From: an uncultured virus (IMG/VR IMGVR_UViG_3300042308_001603)
Taxonomy: Duplodnaviria > Heunggongvirae > Uroviricota > Caudoviricetes
Strand: one strand, 5' to 3'
Length of the DNA: 55,951 nt
IMG/VR virus record: IMGVR_UViG_3300042308_001603
In this document: piece after piece, positions 1 through 9,840 of the stretch
How positions within the stretch are numbered: the first letter of the stretch is position 1
Layout: the number at the start of each line of letters is the position of its first letter
Notes under the pieces: generated by a model
Databases searched by the model: none
Seen by the model: only the letters and a program-made list of their open reading frames with translations
What the model was told of the DNA's origin: nothing
Program-made: the position numbers and the translations under genes

Positions 1-1442
1 TGAGTTGGATCATCATTACTAATTGCTGCTATTCTAAAATTTACTAAATCTTTTATAGTAGTATCAGCATTTTCACTTGTATATAATGGAACTAATGCTA
101 TTTTATCATATGAATCAGGAGAAGCATTTCCCCCACCATTCCATCCTAAAGTATATGATGCTATATTTTTTGAAAATTTATTTCCTGGATCTCCTAGGTT
201 AATTCTGTTTTCAATATTATATTTGGAGTAATCGGGGGAGTTAGATAAAATGATTGATGCCGCACCTTCTGCAATAGTATCTTCTTTTATTCTGTTTCTT
301 ATTGTAGCTCTAAAATCTTTAAGTTTAGTTATTATATTATTTTGGTATGGCTTTTCATTAATTAATTCATTTTGAGTAAACACATACGCGCCACCAATAC
401 TTTCAAGAGTAGTAGCTGTTCCAAATTTATTATTTGCAAAACTATATACGTTTTGAGGCCCAAGCCCCGCAGCATATTGATTAATTGAAGAACCAGAAAA
501 AGGAGATGTTTTAAGAGAAGTTATTTTGGTTTCTAGATTTGTAAAAGAACTAGGTATTAAATTTTTATAAATAGCAGATACACCAATAGGATTTTGAATT
601 TGAGAAATATATGCTTCATCTTCTCTATTAGTTAAAGAATTATTTAATCCATCTAAATAGTTAGAATTTTTTCCATAATTTGGATTATTTGCTCCTGTTC
701 TTTGATCTGCAAACTGGATGTTTGTTAATCCTATACCTAAAAAAGAACCAGGACCACCTTGATAACTTATTAAGTTAACATTATCTCCTCTAACACTTAT
801 AAGACCATTAGTTAAATATGAAGCTTTAGAATTATCTATTTTAACTCCATACAACGCAACTAATCTATTGTTTGAGAGTGAGCTTAATGGATTTGCAGCT
901 CCTCCAAGTAAATTTCCAGCAATTCCTGTTAATGAAGCTGCTCCTGCAGACAAATTACTAATTGCTCCTGCTATAGCAGATGAATTACCAGTTACTACAT
1001 CTGAATAGGTACGTAGTGAGCGTAACCCACCAGGAATTGGGTTTAATCCCTGTTTATTTAAATGAAGACCAAAAGCTGATACTCCTGCCTGAGCTAGAGT
1101 AGACAGCGGTGTATAAACGTCTTCATTAACTAATTTACCACTAGCTTGAGTGCGTACTGCTGTTCTAGAAAGTAAATTTTGTTTTGCAATGAATAATAAC
1201 CCTGATGGGGTTTTTATGTCTGCAAAATACTTAGTTAATCTAACTACATCATTAACAGTAGCCAATGGAGCACCTATTGGTCCTCCACGCAATATAAAAT
1301 CACTGCCAAGAAAGTTAAAAGCAGGTGGTAAATTTACATTAATTGGTGTCTTAATGTAAGGTTGATTACTTGATCCTCCTCCTTCTCTATCATGACCATA
1401 TTTTAAATCTTTGAAATTTGTTCTAAGATTTACTAATGACAT
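1..1442 (-). CDS. Partial (runs off window) tail/baseplate protein downstream of tape measure
   Basis: Not in ORF track. ATG at 1442 overlaps the upstream stop (TAATG). Reads MSLVNLRTNFKDLKYGHDREGGGSSNQPYI and is in the same frame at the window edge (KDLVNFRIAAISNDDPT). Function inferred from position. Confidence 0.7.
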   Translation of the reverse strand, partial: MSLVNLRTNFKDLKYGHDREGGGSSNQPYIKTPINVNLPPAFNFLGSDFILRGGPIGAPLATVNDVVRLTKYFADIKTPSGLLFIAKQNLLSRTAVRTQASGKLVNEDVYTPLSTLAQAGVSAFGLHLNKQGLNPIPGGLRSLRTYSDVVTGNSSAIAGAISNLSAGAASLTGIAGNLLGGAANPLSSLSNNRLVALYGVKIDNSKASYLTNGLISVRGDNVNLISYQGGPGSFLGIGLTNIQFADQRTGANNPNYGKNSNYLDGLNNSLTNREDEAYISQIQNPIGVSAIYKNLIPSSFTNLETKITSLKTSPFSGSSINQYAAGLGPQNVYSFANNKFGTATTLESIGGAYVFTQNELINEKPYQNNIITKLKDFRATIRNRIKEDTIAEGAASIILSNSPDYSKYNIENRINLGDPGNKFSKNIASYTLGWNGGGNASPDSYDKIALVPLYTSENADTTIKDLVNFRIAAISNDDPT

Positions 1443-1714
1443 TATCCAGGTAAGTTATTGATGTACTGAGATGGAGTTATTCCGTTTGTATCTAATTGTG
1501 AAGGTTGAGGTAATACGTTTGCAACACCATCAACATATTGTTGATATTGACCATTCACAATAGAGAAATTTGCTCCATTAAGTGAATATCCAGGAGCGCT
1601 ACCATCAGCATGTAATTTAGATTGTTGTGTAGCTAATATATTTGTTGCTACTGGGCCACCATTTGCAATAGAATATGGAGAACCTTGAAGTGTTAGTTTA
1701 TTTAATAATCCCAT
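1442..1714 (-). CDS. Small hypothetical tail-associated protein
   Basis: 90 aa ORF with ATATTTAT motif upstream, translationally coupled to the next gene. Confidence 0.7.
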   Translation of the reverse strand: MGLLNKLTLQGSPYSIANGGPVATNILATQQSKLHADGSAPGYSLNGANFSIVNGQYQQYVDGVANVLPQPSQLDTNGITPSQYINNLPG

Positions 1715-1747
1715 GGTATTTTAATTTAAATTAATTTATTATAAATA

Positions 1748-4507
1748 TTATATTTTAGAAGTACCTACAGCAGCTGCTGTACCTACTTTAGTAGCATTAT
1801 CACTTACTGCTTGTACTGTTTGTTTTGCTAATACATCTTTATCTAACATAAGTGTGCTATTTACTGTCATAGGAGCATTTTTAAGAGCACTTACTACAGC
1901 TGATGCTAAAGCATTATAATCGATTTGTATCCCACCACTAGTAGCACTAATTGCTCCTTCAGATTTAAATTCAGTAATTTTTTCAGGTTCAGATACTACA
2001 TCATCTCCTTTTTTATCAAATAAATTTGTACCTGCTATTACTGTATCTTTATTGTTTAATGCTATTGCTCCTTCAGGACCCATTAATGTACGTTTACCAT
2101 AGCCTGGGGAGATCATGTCATCACCTTTCATATATTTATATCCTAAAGCTGCTATAGTACCTGCTGCTGCTAAACCTAGTGCCCAACCCACTATAGGGAT
2201 TGAAGATAAAGAAGAAATAGCACCCATAGCTGCTTTACCTATATTTAACATTAATTCACTTTTAGCTATTGCCGAACCTATTTTTTTTATAGCATTATAT
2301 CCTGCTTCTAATATATTTCTAGTATATTTAAAAGCTAATGAGCTTTTTTCAAGTACAAAGTCTTTAGCAGCAATAGCACTGCTTTTTATTTTTCCTAATA
2401 AAGATTCTTTATCTAAAGTTAAACCTAATCTTTTTTGTATATTTTCTGAGATAGTAGTAAAAAGTCCTTTTTCTTTAATTAAGTTCTTTTTAGTTTCATT
2501 AGAAATATAATCTTTACCAAGCATATCTGTAATTTTAGCTTGAACAGCAGCTTGTTTATCAGTTATTAATCCTACTTTTTTAGCTGCATTAGTTAAAATA
2601 GTTCTTCTATATTCAATATCTCCAAAGAATTGAAGAGTTTTATAAGCTCCAATAGCTATTAATAAATACTTACCCCAATCTATTGTAAATTTTACTATTT
2701 GTCCTATAACTCCGGCTATTGCTCCAATTGGTTTTAGAATCATTGCAAAAATATCTAAAACTGGCATTAATGGTGCTAATAACGAAACAAATACTTCTTT
2801 TAGTTTTTCAATAGATTGATTAAATCTTTCTTGTATTGATTGTTGCTCCATCATTTTTTGGAGTTGACCTTCTTTTAATTCTTTTTGAGCTTGTTCTAAA
2901 CCAACTTCTTTAACCCTAGTATCAAAAGCTTGTTTTGCTTTTTCAGCTTGCTCACCACTCATAGATTTTAAAGCTTCAGCTCTAACTAAAGTACCTGCTA
3001 ATTCTTCACGAGTCATACCTACTGCTTTAGCAGCAGCTTCTTGCTGAAGTCTATTCATTTTAGAAAATTCAGCTGCAGTTCCGTAATTTTTAGCTATTTC
3101 TTTAGATAACCCTTCCATATCATTATTTAATGCATATAGACGGGCTTGTTCTAAATTTAAATTTTTACCAGTTAATAATTCTGCTTCTAATTCATTTGAA
3201 ATTGAAGATTCAATTTGAAGTAATGAATCTGCTATGTTATTAACCTGTTCTAAAGACATACCTAATGCTTTAGATTGAGCAGCAGCTTTACCTAATGCTT
3301 CAGTACTTCCACCTAAAGATAACTTAGTAGCATCAGAAGCTTTAGCTACATCACGCATTATTTCTTTTTCATTTAATAACACACCATTATTCATAGCGGT
3401 TATACTTGCTGCTCCTAGTAAATTTTTAGTATTATCTTCTAAATTACCACCAGTTGCTAAAGTAAGTTCTTGCATTTTTGCTAATTCATCATTAGTAAAT
3501 CCTGCTTGTTCTCGAAGTTTAGTCATCGTAACAGCATCTTTAGCATTTAATGTAGCATTAGTACCCATTGCCTGCCCCATAGCTAACATTGTTTCTCTAA
3601 TGCCTTTAGTAGTAACAGCTACATCCATAGATGAGTTAGCAATGTTATTAAATTCATTATTAAGCTTAGCAGCATCTTGGTATGATATATTCATACCTTT
3701 AGCAAACTCACCTATACCTGTATCTAAAGCTTTAAATGTGTTTACTATTTGGAGTAGAGTAAATTGAAGTAAATTTGCTTTGGTAAATTGATCTGAAATA
3801 TTTTGGGCTACTAATTTAGTATATGTAGCTAGAGGGTTAAAAGATTTTCCTAAAGATGCTGCTTCTTGACCAAGCATTTTAGTTTTATTTAGTGCATCTT
3901 CAAAACCTAAATCTGGGAGTCCAAGTTTAGATAAGGTTTTCCCTATTCCTCCTAATATTTGAGGAGTTAGTCCTAATTTATCAATAGTATCTTTATTAAC
4001 TTTTGAAACTTCATTAAATGCTTTAAAAAGTTCTTTAGCTGTTTTAATTTGATCTTCAAGAGCTTTTTGAGCTTTACCTTGAAGATTACCATGAGTTCTA
4101 ACAAGTTCTAAGTTTTCTAAATTTATTCTAGCTTGATCTTGAAGTTTTTTAAATTTTTTTTCTTCAAATAATGTTTCTCCTCTTCTTATATCTAGGGTAT
4201 CTCGAGCAATATTACCTAATTTATTTAATGATGATTTTTGGAGGTTTAAATAAACATCTTGTTTACTTAATTCATTAACACTATCCTTAAACGACTTATA
4301 TATATAATCTAAATCATTTCTTACTTCATCTAGATCATCTCCAATTTGCTGAGTTAGTTTTTTAAAATCATTTAATGAATTTACAGAAGCACCTAAACTA
4401 TTTAAAATATTAGTATAATATTGTTGATCTTTAGCATTTAATTTTAAAATAAGATCTTTTATTTTCTCTATTTCTTTTAAATTTTCTAACTCTTCTTTAC
4501 TAGCCAT
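1748..4507 (-). CDS. Tail tape measure protein
   Basis: 919 aa, Ala/Leu/Lys-rich helical, hydrophobic segments in the C-terminal half, follows tube and chaperone genes. Confidence 0.85.
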   Translation of the reverse strand: MASKEELENLKEIEKIKDLILKLNAKDQQYYTNILNSLGASVNSLNDFKKLTQQIGDDLDEVRNDLDYIYKSFKDSVNELSKQDVYLNLQKSSLNKLGNIARDTLDIRRGETLFEEKKFKKLQDQARINLENLELVRTHGNLQGKAQKALEDQIKTAKELFKAFNEVSKVNKDTIDKLGLTPQILGGIGKTLSKLGLPDLGFEDALNKTKMLGQEAASLGKSFNPLATYTKLVAQNISDQFTKANLLQFTLLQIVNTFKALDTGIGEFAKGMNISYQDAAKLNNEFNNIANSSMDVAVTTKGIRETMLAMGQAMGTNATLNAKDAVTMTKLREQAGFTNDELAKMQELTLATGGNLEDNTKNLLGAASITAMNNGVLLNEKEIMRDVAKASDATKLSLGGSTEALGKAAAQSKALGMSLEQVNNIADSLLQIESSISNELEAELLTGKNLNLEQARLYALNNDMEGLSKEIAKNYGTAAEFSKMNRLQQEAAAKAVGMTREELAGTLVRAEALKSMSGEQAEKAKQAFDTRVKEVGLEQAQKELKEGQLQKMMEQQSIQERFNQSIEKLKEVFVSLLAPLMPVLDIFAMILKPIGAIAGVIGQIVKFTIDWGKYLLIAIGAYKTLQFFGDIEYRRTILTNAAKKVGLITDKQAAVQAKITDMLGKDYISNETKKNLIKEKGLFTTISENIQKRLGLTLDKESLLGKIKSSAIAAKDFVLEKSSLAFKYTRNILEAGYNAIKKIGSAIAKSELMLNIGKAAMGAISSLSSIPIVGWALGLAAAGTIAALGYKYMKGDDMISPGYGKRTLMGPEGAIALNNKDTVIAGTNLFDKKGDDVVSEPEKITEFKSEGAISATSGGIQIDYNALASAVVSALKNAPMTVNSTLMLDKDVLAKQTVQAVSDNATKVGTAAAVGTSKI

Positions 4508-4547
4508 TATAAAAATATTTTGTTATAAATATTGAAAGCTACAAGAA

Positions 4548-4928
4548 TTACTTGTAGCTAACTGATTTTCTAGGTGATATACCAGGTTTAGAAATAACAG
4601 GTTGTTTTTGTGGAGTTTGTTGTTGATTTTGAAATAAACTACGATCTTTAACTAATCCGTCTGTACCAATAGCTACATTTTTACCACTATTAGTATTTTC
4701 ATGTGCTTGTTTTTCTTCATCATAATGCTTTTTAATTTCTGAGAAAGTATATTTTCTTAACCAAATAGGCATGTTATAGACTGTATTCCAGTCATATCCA
4801 CCCCTACCATGAAATACTATTTGATGAATTTGATTAAATAAATAAAGTCTATATTCAGGAGCATTACCCTGCGTCAGGCCAAAAAAAGTTAAGTCCAATT
4901 GGAATGTTGACGGCTTTTTCATTCCCAT
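4548..4928 (-). CDS. Baseplate hub/tail assembly chaperone second part (gp51-like); probably reached by frameshift
   Basis: QIHQIVFHGRGGYDWNTVYNMPIWLRKY motif; overlaps the end of the upstream gene in the +1 frame. Confidence 0.65.
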   Translation of the reverse strand: MGMKKPSTFQLDLTFFGLTQGNAPEYRLYLFNQIHQIVFHGRGGYDWNTVYNMPIWLRKYTFSEIKKHYDEEKQAHENTNSGKNVAIGTDGLVKDRSLFQNQQQTPQKQPVISKPGISPRKSVSYK

Positions 4929-5625
4929 CGGGAAAAAAAGTTAGGTCAACATCTGGTTGAACTTTTTTAATATATTCTCTTAATGCTCGAGAATCCATAG
5001 CTAAGAGTTGATTATCAACAAAATCTCGAATTGTTTTGACTGTTGAATCTCCATTTACTGAAGTGATAATATATTTTAAACGAGTTGATAATTCAGGAGA
5101 TGAGTCTTTTTTAATTTTTTTAAGACCTTCTAATTCAGCATCTATTTTTTTCTCATCTGAATGAGTTAATATTTTAAAAGTAACAACTGCTTTTGTATTA
5201 GGTAATGTGAATGAAAATTCATTTGTGTTTGGAGTAATTAATGAAGTATCAAATGGTTTATTATCAATATTACTTAAATCAATTGTTTCTTCTTGTCCAT
5301 TGTAAGTAAAACTGTAATTTTTACCATAACCTAAAATACGAGAAGCAATCATAATTGCATTCTTATCACCAACAATTAAATCATCATAATTAATAGGAGT
5401 TACAATTAACGCTTGCATTAATTTATCAAGTACATTTCCTTTTTGAATATATGTTTGGTTAGTTAAAATATCTTCATGAGCTGCTGTCATGTATCTTATT
5501 TCAATTATTCCTTTTGAAAGAAGATTATCTTTAGGATAAAGTAAACCTTTTGAAGGTAATTCAATTGTTTCTGTTAGGAAATTAAATTTGGGTGTTTCTT
5601 GAGTTGTGTTTGTAACTTGTTCCAT
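4864..5625 (-). CDS. Baseplate hub assembly/tail chaperone protein (T4 gp26-like)
   Basis: ELPSKG...YMTAAHEDIL N-terminus and FFWP C-terminus; lies between tube and tape measure. Confidence 0.75.
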   Translation of the reverse strand: MEQVTNTTQETPKFNFLTETIELPSKGLLYPKDNLLSKGIIEIRYMTAAHEDILTNQTYIQKGNVLDKLMQALIVTPINYDDLIVGDKNAIMIASRILGYGKNYSFTYNGQEETIDLSNIDNKPFDTSLITPNTNEFSFTLPNTKAVVTFKILTHSDEKKIDAELEGLKKIKKDSSPELSTRLKYIITSVNGDSTVKTIRDFVDNQLLAMDSRALREYIKKVQPDVDLTFFPDGNEKAVNIPIGLNFFWPDAG

Positions 5626-5672
5626 AATTCTTATTTAAATAACTTTATTGTTTATTATACATATTGTAAGAT

Positions 5673-5699
5673 AAAAAAAGCTCACCAAATGGCAAGCTT
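5673..5699 (-). terminator. Intrinsic terminator after tail tube gene
   Basis: AAGCTTGCCA-TT-TGGTGAGCTT hairpin (with G-U pairs) running into a T tract. Confidence 0.7.
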
Positions 5700-5720
5700 A
5701 ATTTTATTTTTATTAAAATC

Positions 5721-6209
5721 TTAGTAATTTAAGATACAGTAATCCATTCCTAAAGTAACTTGAAGGTTTATAGCTGCTGCTTCAGTATCCCAATTGTATT
5801 CACCAAAGTTTGCAGATTTAATAAATGCACCTTTGATAATCCATTCAGAAACAACATCACCAACAGGACCTAACACGTTAACAGTTATATCTTTCTTATA
5901 AAAATCAGAATAACCATCACGACCAGTTACAGATTCATGATGTAAACGCACCCATTCCATTACTGCTTGAGCACCAGATGGAGTGATTGGATCAAATAAT
6001 GTCATTTGCATATCTCCCCATTTAGCTTTACCTTTAATTTTACGGTAAACATTAATGTGGTTTAATACAATTTCTCCCATATCTACAGATACAGCAGCAA
6101 TTTGCTTAATAGTGTATGAAGGGATTCCATCTACATACATAATAAACCTGTTGGCTACCTTTGGTTCAAATGCTGTAAAAAATATTTCGTTTGGTGATAA
6201 TACTGCCAT
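5721..6209 (-). CDS. gp19: Tail tube protein (T4 gp19-like)
   Basis: FEPKVANRF, W-x-D-x-x-x-TLFD and YKKDI...EW-x-IKGAF motifs; directly after sheath. Confidence 0.9.
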   Translation of the reverse strand: MAVLSPNEIFFTAFEPKVANRFIMYVDGIPSYTIKQIAAVSVDMGEIVLNHINVYRKIKGKAKWGDMQMTLFDPITPSGAQAVMEWVRLHHESVTGRDGYSDFYKKDITVNVLGPVGDVVSEWIIKGAFIKSANFGEYNWDTEAAAINLQVTLGMDYCILNY

Positions 6210-6258
6210 TTTATATTTTGTTTAGTTTTGTTATTGTTTATTATACGTATTGTATTTT

Positions 6259-6291
6259 AAAAAATCTTCCCCCATTTTTCAGAGGGAAGAT
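6259..6291 (-). terminator. Intrinsic terminator after sheath gene
   Basis: ATCTTCCCTC...GGGGGAAGAT stem followed by TTTTT. Confidence 0.6.
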
Positions 6292-6303
6292 AATTATTTT
6301 TTA

Positions 6304-8013
6304 TTAAGCTGGGAATGTAGCTCCAGTTGGAGTAATGATAAAATCTAAGTAGATAAATTCAGCCGTTTTAGTAGGTTGAACATAAATCTGACCAATTAAC
6401 TGATTTCTATCTATTACATCAGCTGTATTGTTTGTTTCATCCATTATTACTTTAAATGCAAATAAACCTTGTCTTTGTTGAACAGAAGATAAATATGGAT
6501 TTACTTGACTTAAGAATATATTTCTTGTAGCAGCTGTATTTTGTTCAAATACTAAGTTATTTGCTACTTGAGAGATATAAGATTTAAGAGAAATTAACAA
6601 ACGTCTTACATTCACACGATCAAGAGCTGATGGTTTTGTTTGTAATGTTTTTTGTCCGTATACTACAATACCTTGACCAGGGAAAGTAGCAATTGGATTT
6701 ACTTTACCAGTGTAAAGAGAATCACGAGTTGTTTGATTTAATTTTTGTTCAACACGTAATACTGTTCCTAAACCACCACGATTAATACCTGCAGGTGCGA
6801 ACCAAGGTTCTGCTACTGTATCATTATAAGCATAAACACCTATAATCATTGTTGAAGCAGGAACCCAAACGTTTTTACCAGTTGCTGGATCTTGAATTTG
6901 GCACCAAGGCCAGTATTCTGCAGCGTATGAAGTATCACGGCTAGATGCTTGAGTAATTACACCTGAAGCAGCTTGACCATAAACTACTGGATCTAATACA
7001 AAAATATTATCACCACGTTGTTGAGTATTTGTAATAATTGTACTTATAGCACTTGTGTTTAACGAATCAAATAAGCCTGGAGTAACTAATACATTAAATT
7101 GATAATCATCTTTATTTGCTAATAAATTGATCATGTTTGTATAGTTAGCTGTTTCTAAACCTTGAGTATTAGTTGCTGTAGTAATGCTATTATAAAATGC
7201 AGCTCCACCTTTTATATCACCTGTAGCGCCTGTAAATGAACCACTAGCAGCTACTGGGATAGAAGATGTATATTGATTTTTAGCAACACCATTATTATCT
7301 AAATAGTCAGGAGTTAATAAATTAACTGAAGATACATAAATATAGTTTGAATTGTTTCTATAGCTTCCTGATAGTTCAATTTGTTGAGTTGATGGATTGT
7401 AATTATAAACATAATCACCAATTTGTTTAGCTACAAAATTTGGAGATTTAGGATCTAAAGATAAACCAGTAAATGATTCTAATACAATTTTACTGTTTGT
7501 AATATCATTACCTTGTCTAACTAATAAATCAAATGTTCCAGAAGAAGTGTTTGGATTAATAATTTCCCAACGGATATTATCAGCTGAACCACTTACTAAA
7601 GCACCAGCAGTATCTAATGCACCTGAGTTGTTCATTATAATACCTTTAGATATTGTTTTTAATACAAGTGCAGGTTGAGAAGAAGCATTTGTACTAGCGC
7701 TGATTGCTGTACTTGTTGCTGAGGTATAAGAACCAGATACTACTCTTGCTACTAATAAAGAATCTCCACCTTCATTAAAATAATTATAAGCTGCGATTGA
7801 AGTAAAGTAAGAATAAGTATCACTACCACTTACTAATACATCACCAAATTTATTTACGTAATCACCATAAGAACTTACCACAGTAGGTAATTCTACAGGA
7901 CCTTTTACTGTAGGGCCAATTATTGCTGCGCCTACAACTACTGGTTGAGCTGCTATTTGAGAGCGATCAATCTCTCTAGCTAATACACCAGGGGATATTA
8001 AAGTTTCTGCCAT
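6304..8013 (-). CDS. gp18: Contractile tail sheath protein
   Basis: SPGVLAREID, PWFAPAGINRG, RVNVRRL and QPTKTAEFI sheath motifs. Confidence 0.95.
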   Translation of the reverse strand: MAETLISPGVLAREIDRSQIAAQPVVVGAAIIGPTVKGPVELPTVVSSYGDYVNKFGDVLVSGSDTYSYFTSIAAYNYFNEGGDSLLVARVVSGSYTSATSTAISASTNASSQPALVLKTISKGIIMNNSGALDTAGALVSGSADNIRWEIINPNTSSGTFDLLVRQGNDITNSKIVLESFTGLSLDPKSPNFVAKQIGDYVYNYNPSTQQIELSGSYRNNSNYIYVSSVNLLTPDYLDNNGVAKNQYTSSIPVAASGSFTGATGDIKGGAAFYNSITTATNTQGLETANYTNMINLLANKDDYQFNVLVTPGLFDSLNTSAISTIITNTQQRGDNIFVLDPVVYGQAASGVITQASSRDTSYAAEYWPWCQIQDPATGKNVWVPASTMIIGVYAYNDTVAEPWFAPAGINRGGLGTVLRVEQKLNQTTRDSLYTGKVNPIATFPGQGIVVYGQKTLQTKPSALDRVNVRRLLISLKSYISQVANNLVFEQNTAATRNIFLSQVNPYLSSVQQRQGLFAFKVIMDETNNTADVIDRNQLIGQIYVQPTKTAEFIYLDFIITPTGATFPA

Positions 8014-8071
8014 TTTTTAAAATATTTAATTGTTTATTGTTACTTATAAATATCTAAAAATAGCTCAAAAA

Positions 8072-8386
8072 TTAACTAGTTGGTGTAATTTCTCCTGTTT
8101 CTAAATTAATACTTATACTACCGTATTTATTTTGTAAAGATTGACTAAATTCGGTTTCTTTAAGTTTTAGGTTTGCTAATTCTTTAACTAATTCACTTTT
8201 TTGGTCTTTTAATATTTGAACTTGATATTCATTTTGACCAAATTTAATAATTAATTCTTGAGAAAAAACATTTAATTGTTTTAATTCTTCTATTTCTTCT
8301 TGAGTTAAGAATTTAGAATTTGTTTCAGCAAACGGTTGTTGTTGAAATTGAGTGTTTTCGGTTGATTGTTCTTTAGGTATAAACAT
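8072..8386 (-). CDS. Hypothetical coiled-coil protein
   Basis: 104 aa ending KYGSISINLETGEIT; ATATTTAT motif upstream. Confidence 0.7.
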   Translation of the reverse strand: MFIPKEQSTENTQFQQQPFAETNSKFLTQEEIEELKQLNVFSQELIIKFGQNEYQVQILKDQKSELVKELANLKLKETEFSQSLQNKYGSISINLETGEITPTS

Positions 8387-8433
8387 AATCTTTATTTATT
8401 ATAAATATATTAAAGATATTTACTTATCCAAAT

Positions 8434-9330
8434 TTAATTTGTATTTTTTGGAGGAGGAGGAACTTGATTAATATTACTTGTAGTTTCAATTCCAAATACT
8501 GTTTTAGTAACAACAGGTATTTTTTTAATTGCACTTACATCTTTTTGTATTGTGTCTGGGATTAAATAACCGTTTAATTTAATGTCAAAGGTACTTTTAA
8601 CTGCTCTATCTCTTCCATCCACCACTTCTACTACTGTATTAAATGAATCGATTCTAGCGTTGAATTTAAATCTAGAAGGATCACCCCAATATGAATCAGA
8701 AGCATAATTAATTGCTTCTACAATTTTATTCATTTGTTCTACATAGTAAGTATATATAACACAGCTGTAAGTTATCGTAACATAGTCTGGTATTACAACA
8801 GCATATTGTTCTGTTTCTGGTTTAATATTATTTAATACATCAAATGGAGTGTAGAAATTTCTTTTAGAGTAGGGTTTAATTAAAGAACTATATAAATGAG
8901 GTTGATTTGCATCTAATTTATTTCCTATACTTCTATTTTTTGTTAAATTATCTCTTTTAAATACTAATAATGGAGACATAATTGCTCCATTTTTATCTCT
9001 ATAATATCCGTCTTTTTGAATTGATTTCCACTTTTCAGGATTACCATAAACAATAGGAACAGCTATTCTTTGTCCGTTTTGGATTACATATGGTTTTATT
9101 ACTTCATTAAAATAATAATAAATAGCTTCATCAATATCTTGAATACCTAATGTAAATGGTTTTGTAGTATCTCCTTTAAAACTAAGTTTATTACCTCTAT
9201 TTGAATAATCAGGACCTAAATCATTAGGATTTCCTACAGGTTGAAAACCAGGACCGCCTTGATTGTAAGGTTCTTGTTGAGAAATACTAATTTCTCGTTG
9301 TGATTTAGGGGTTGGTTTTCTATTTGCCAT
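8434..9330 (-). CDS. gp15: Tail terminator/sheath stabiliser (T4 gp15-like)
   Basis: VPIVYGNPEKW motif; neck gene order. Confidence 0.75.
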   Translation of the reverse strand: MANRKPTPKSQREISISQQEPYNQGGPGFQPVGNPNDLGPDYSNRGNKLSFKGDTTKPFTLGIQDIDEAIYYYFNEVIKPYVIQNGQRIAVPIVYGNPEKWKSIQKDGYYRDKNGAIMSPLLVFKRDNLTKNRSIGNKLDANQPHLYSSLIKPYSKRNFYTPFDVLNNIKPETEQYAVVIPDYVTITYSCVIYTYYVEQMNKIVEAINYASDSYWGDPSRFKFNARIDSFNTVVEVVDGRDRAVKSTFDIKLNGYLIPDTIQKDVSAIKKIPVVTKTVFGIETTSNINQVPPPPKNTN

Positions 9331-9839
9331 TATGGTCTTTCTTTAGTTAAGTTAACTTTATCCGCAGGAATATAATGACCTATACAATTTATAGATACTG
9401 AGTAGCCAAAATTTTCTAATCCTGGATTTAGTGGATTTATAGCATATGGATAATCAGGATCTTTACCTACAAATAATTGGTTATCGTATACTTGTTCTAA
9501 TTCGAAATATCCTTCATAGTACATAAGTATATCTCCTACTTCAGGATAAGCTTTAGCATCAACTAAATCATCTCTTAAAAATGAAAATGTTACAGTTCTA
9601 TTGTAATTAGGACCTATATCTGTTATTTCAAAACTAGGATCTGTTCTTGTTATTCTACAATATAATAAAGTAGGTTCTGTGAAGTATCTATACCCAGTTG
9701 ATTCACCGTACATATTTGATACTGTTTTTTCTAGGTTAACTTTATAAAGAGTACATTGTTGAGACATAACGTTGCCTAACAATTCTCTGTTAACTTTTCT
9801 AATTACAGAAACATCTCTACTTGATCCAAATAATGCCAT
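9330..9839 (-). CDS. gp14: Neck/head-closure protein (T4 gp14-like)
   Basis: NMYGES and PEVGDIL motifs; between gp13-like and gp15-like genes. Confidence 0.75.
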   Translation of the reverse strand: MALFGSSRDVSVIRKVNRELLGNVMSQQCTLYKVNLEKTVSNMYGESTGYRYFTEPTLLYCRITRTDPSFEITDIGPNYNRTVTFSFLRDDLVDAKAYPEVGDILMYYEGYFELEQVYDNQLFVGKDPDYPYAINPLNPGLENFGYSVSINCIGHYIPADKVNLTKERP

Positions 9840-9840
9840 G

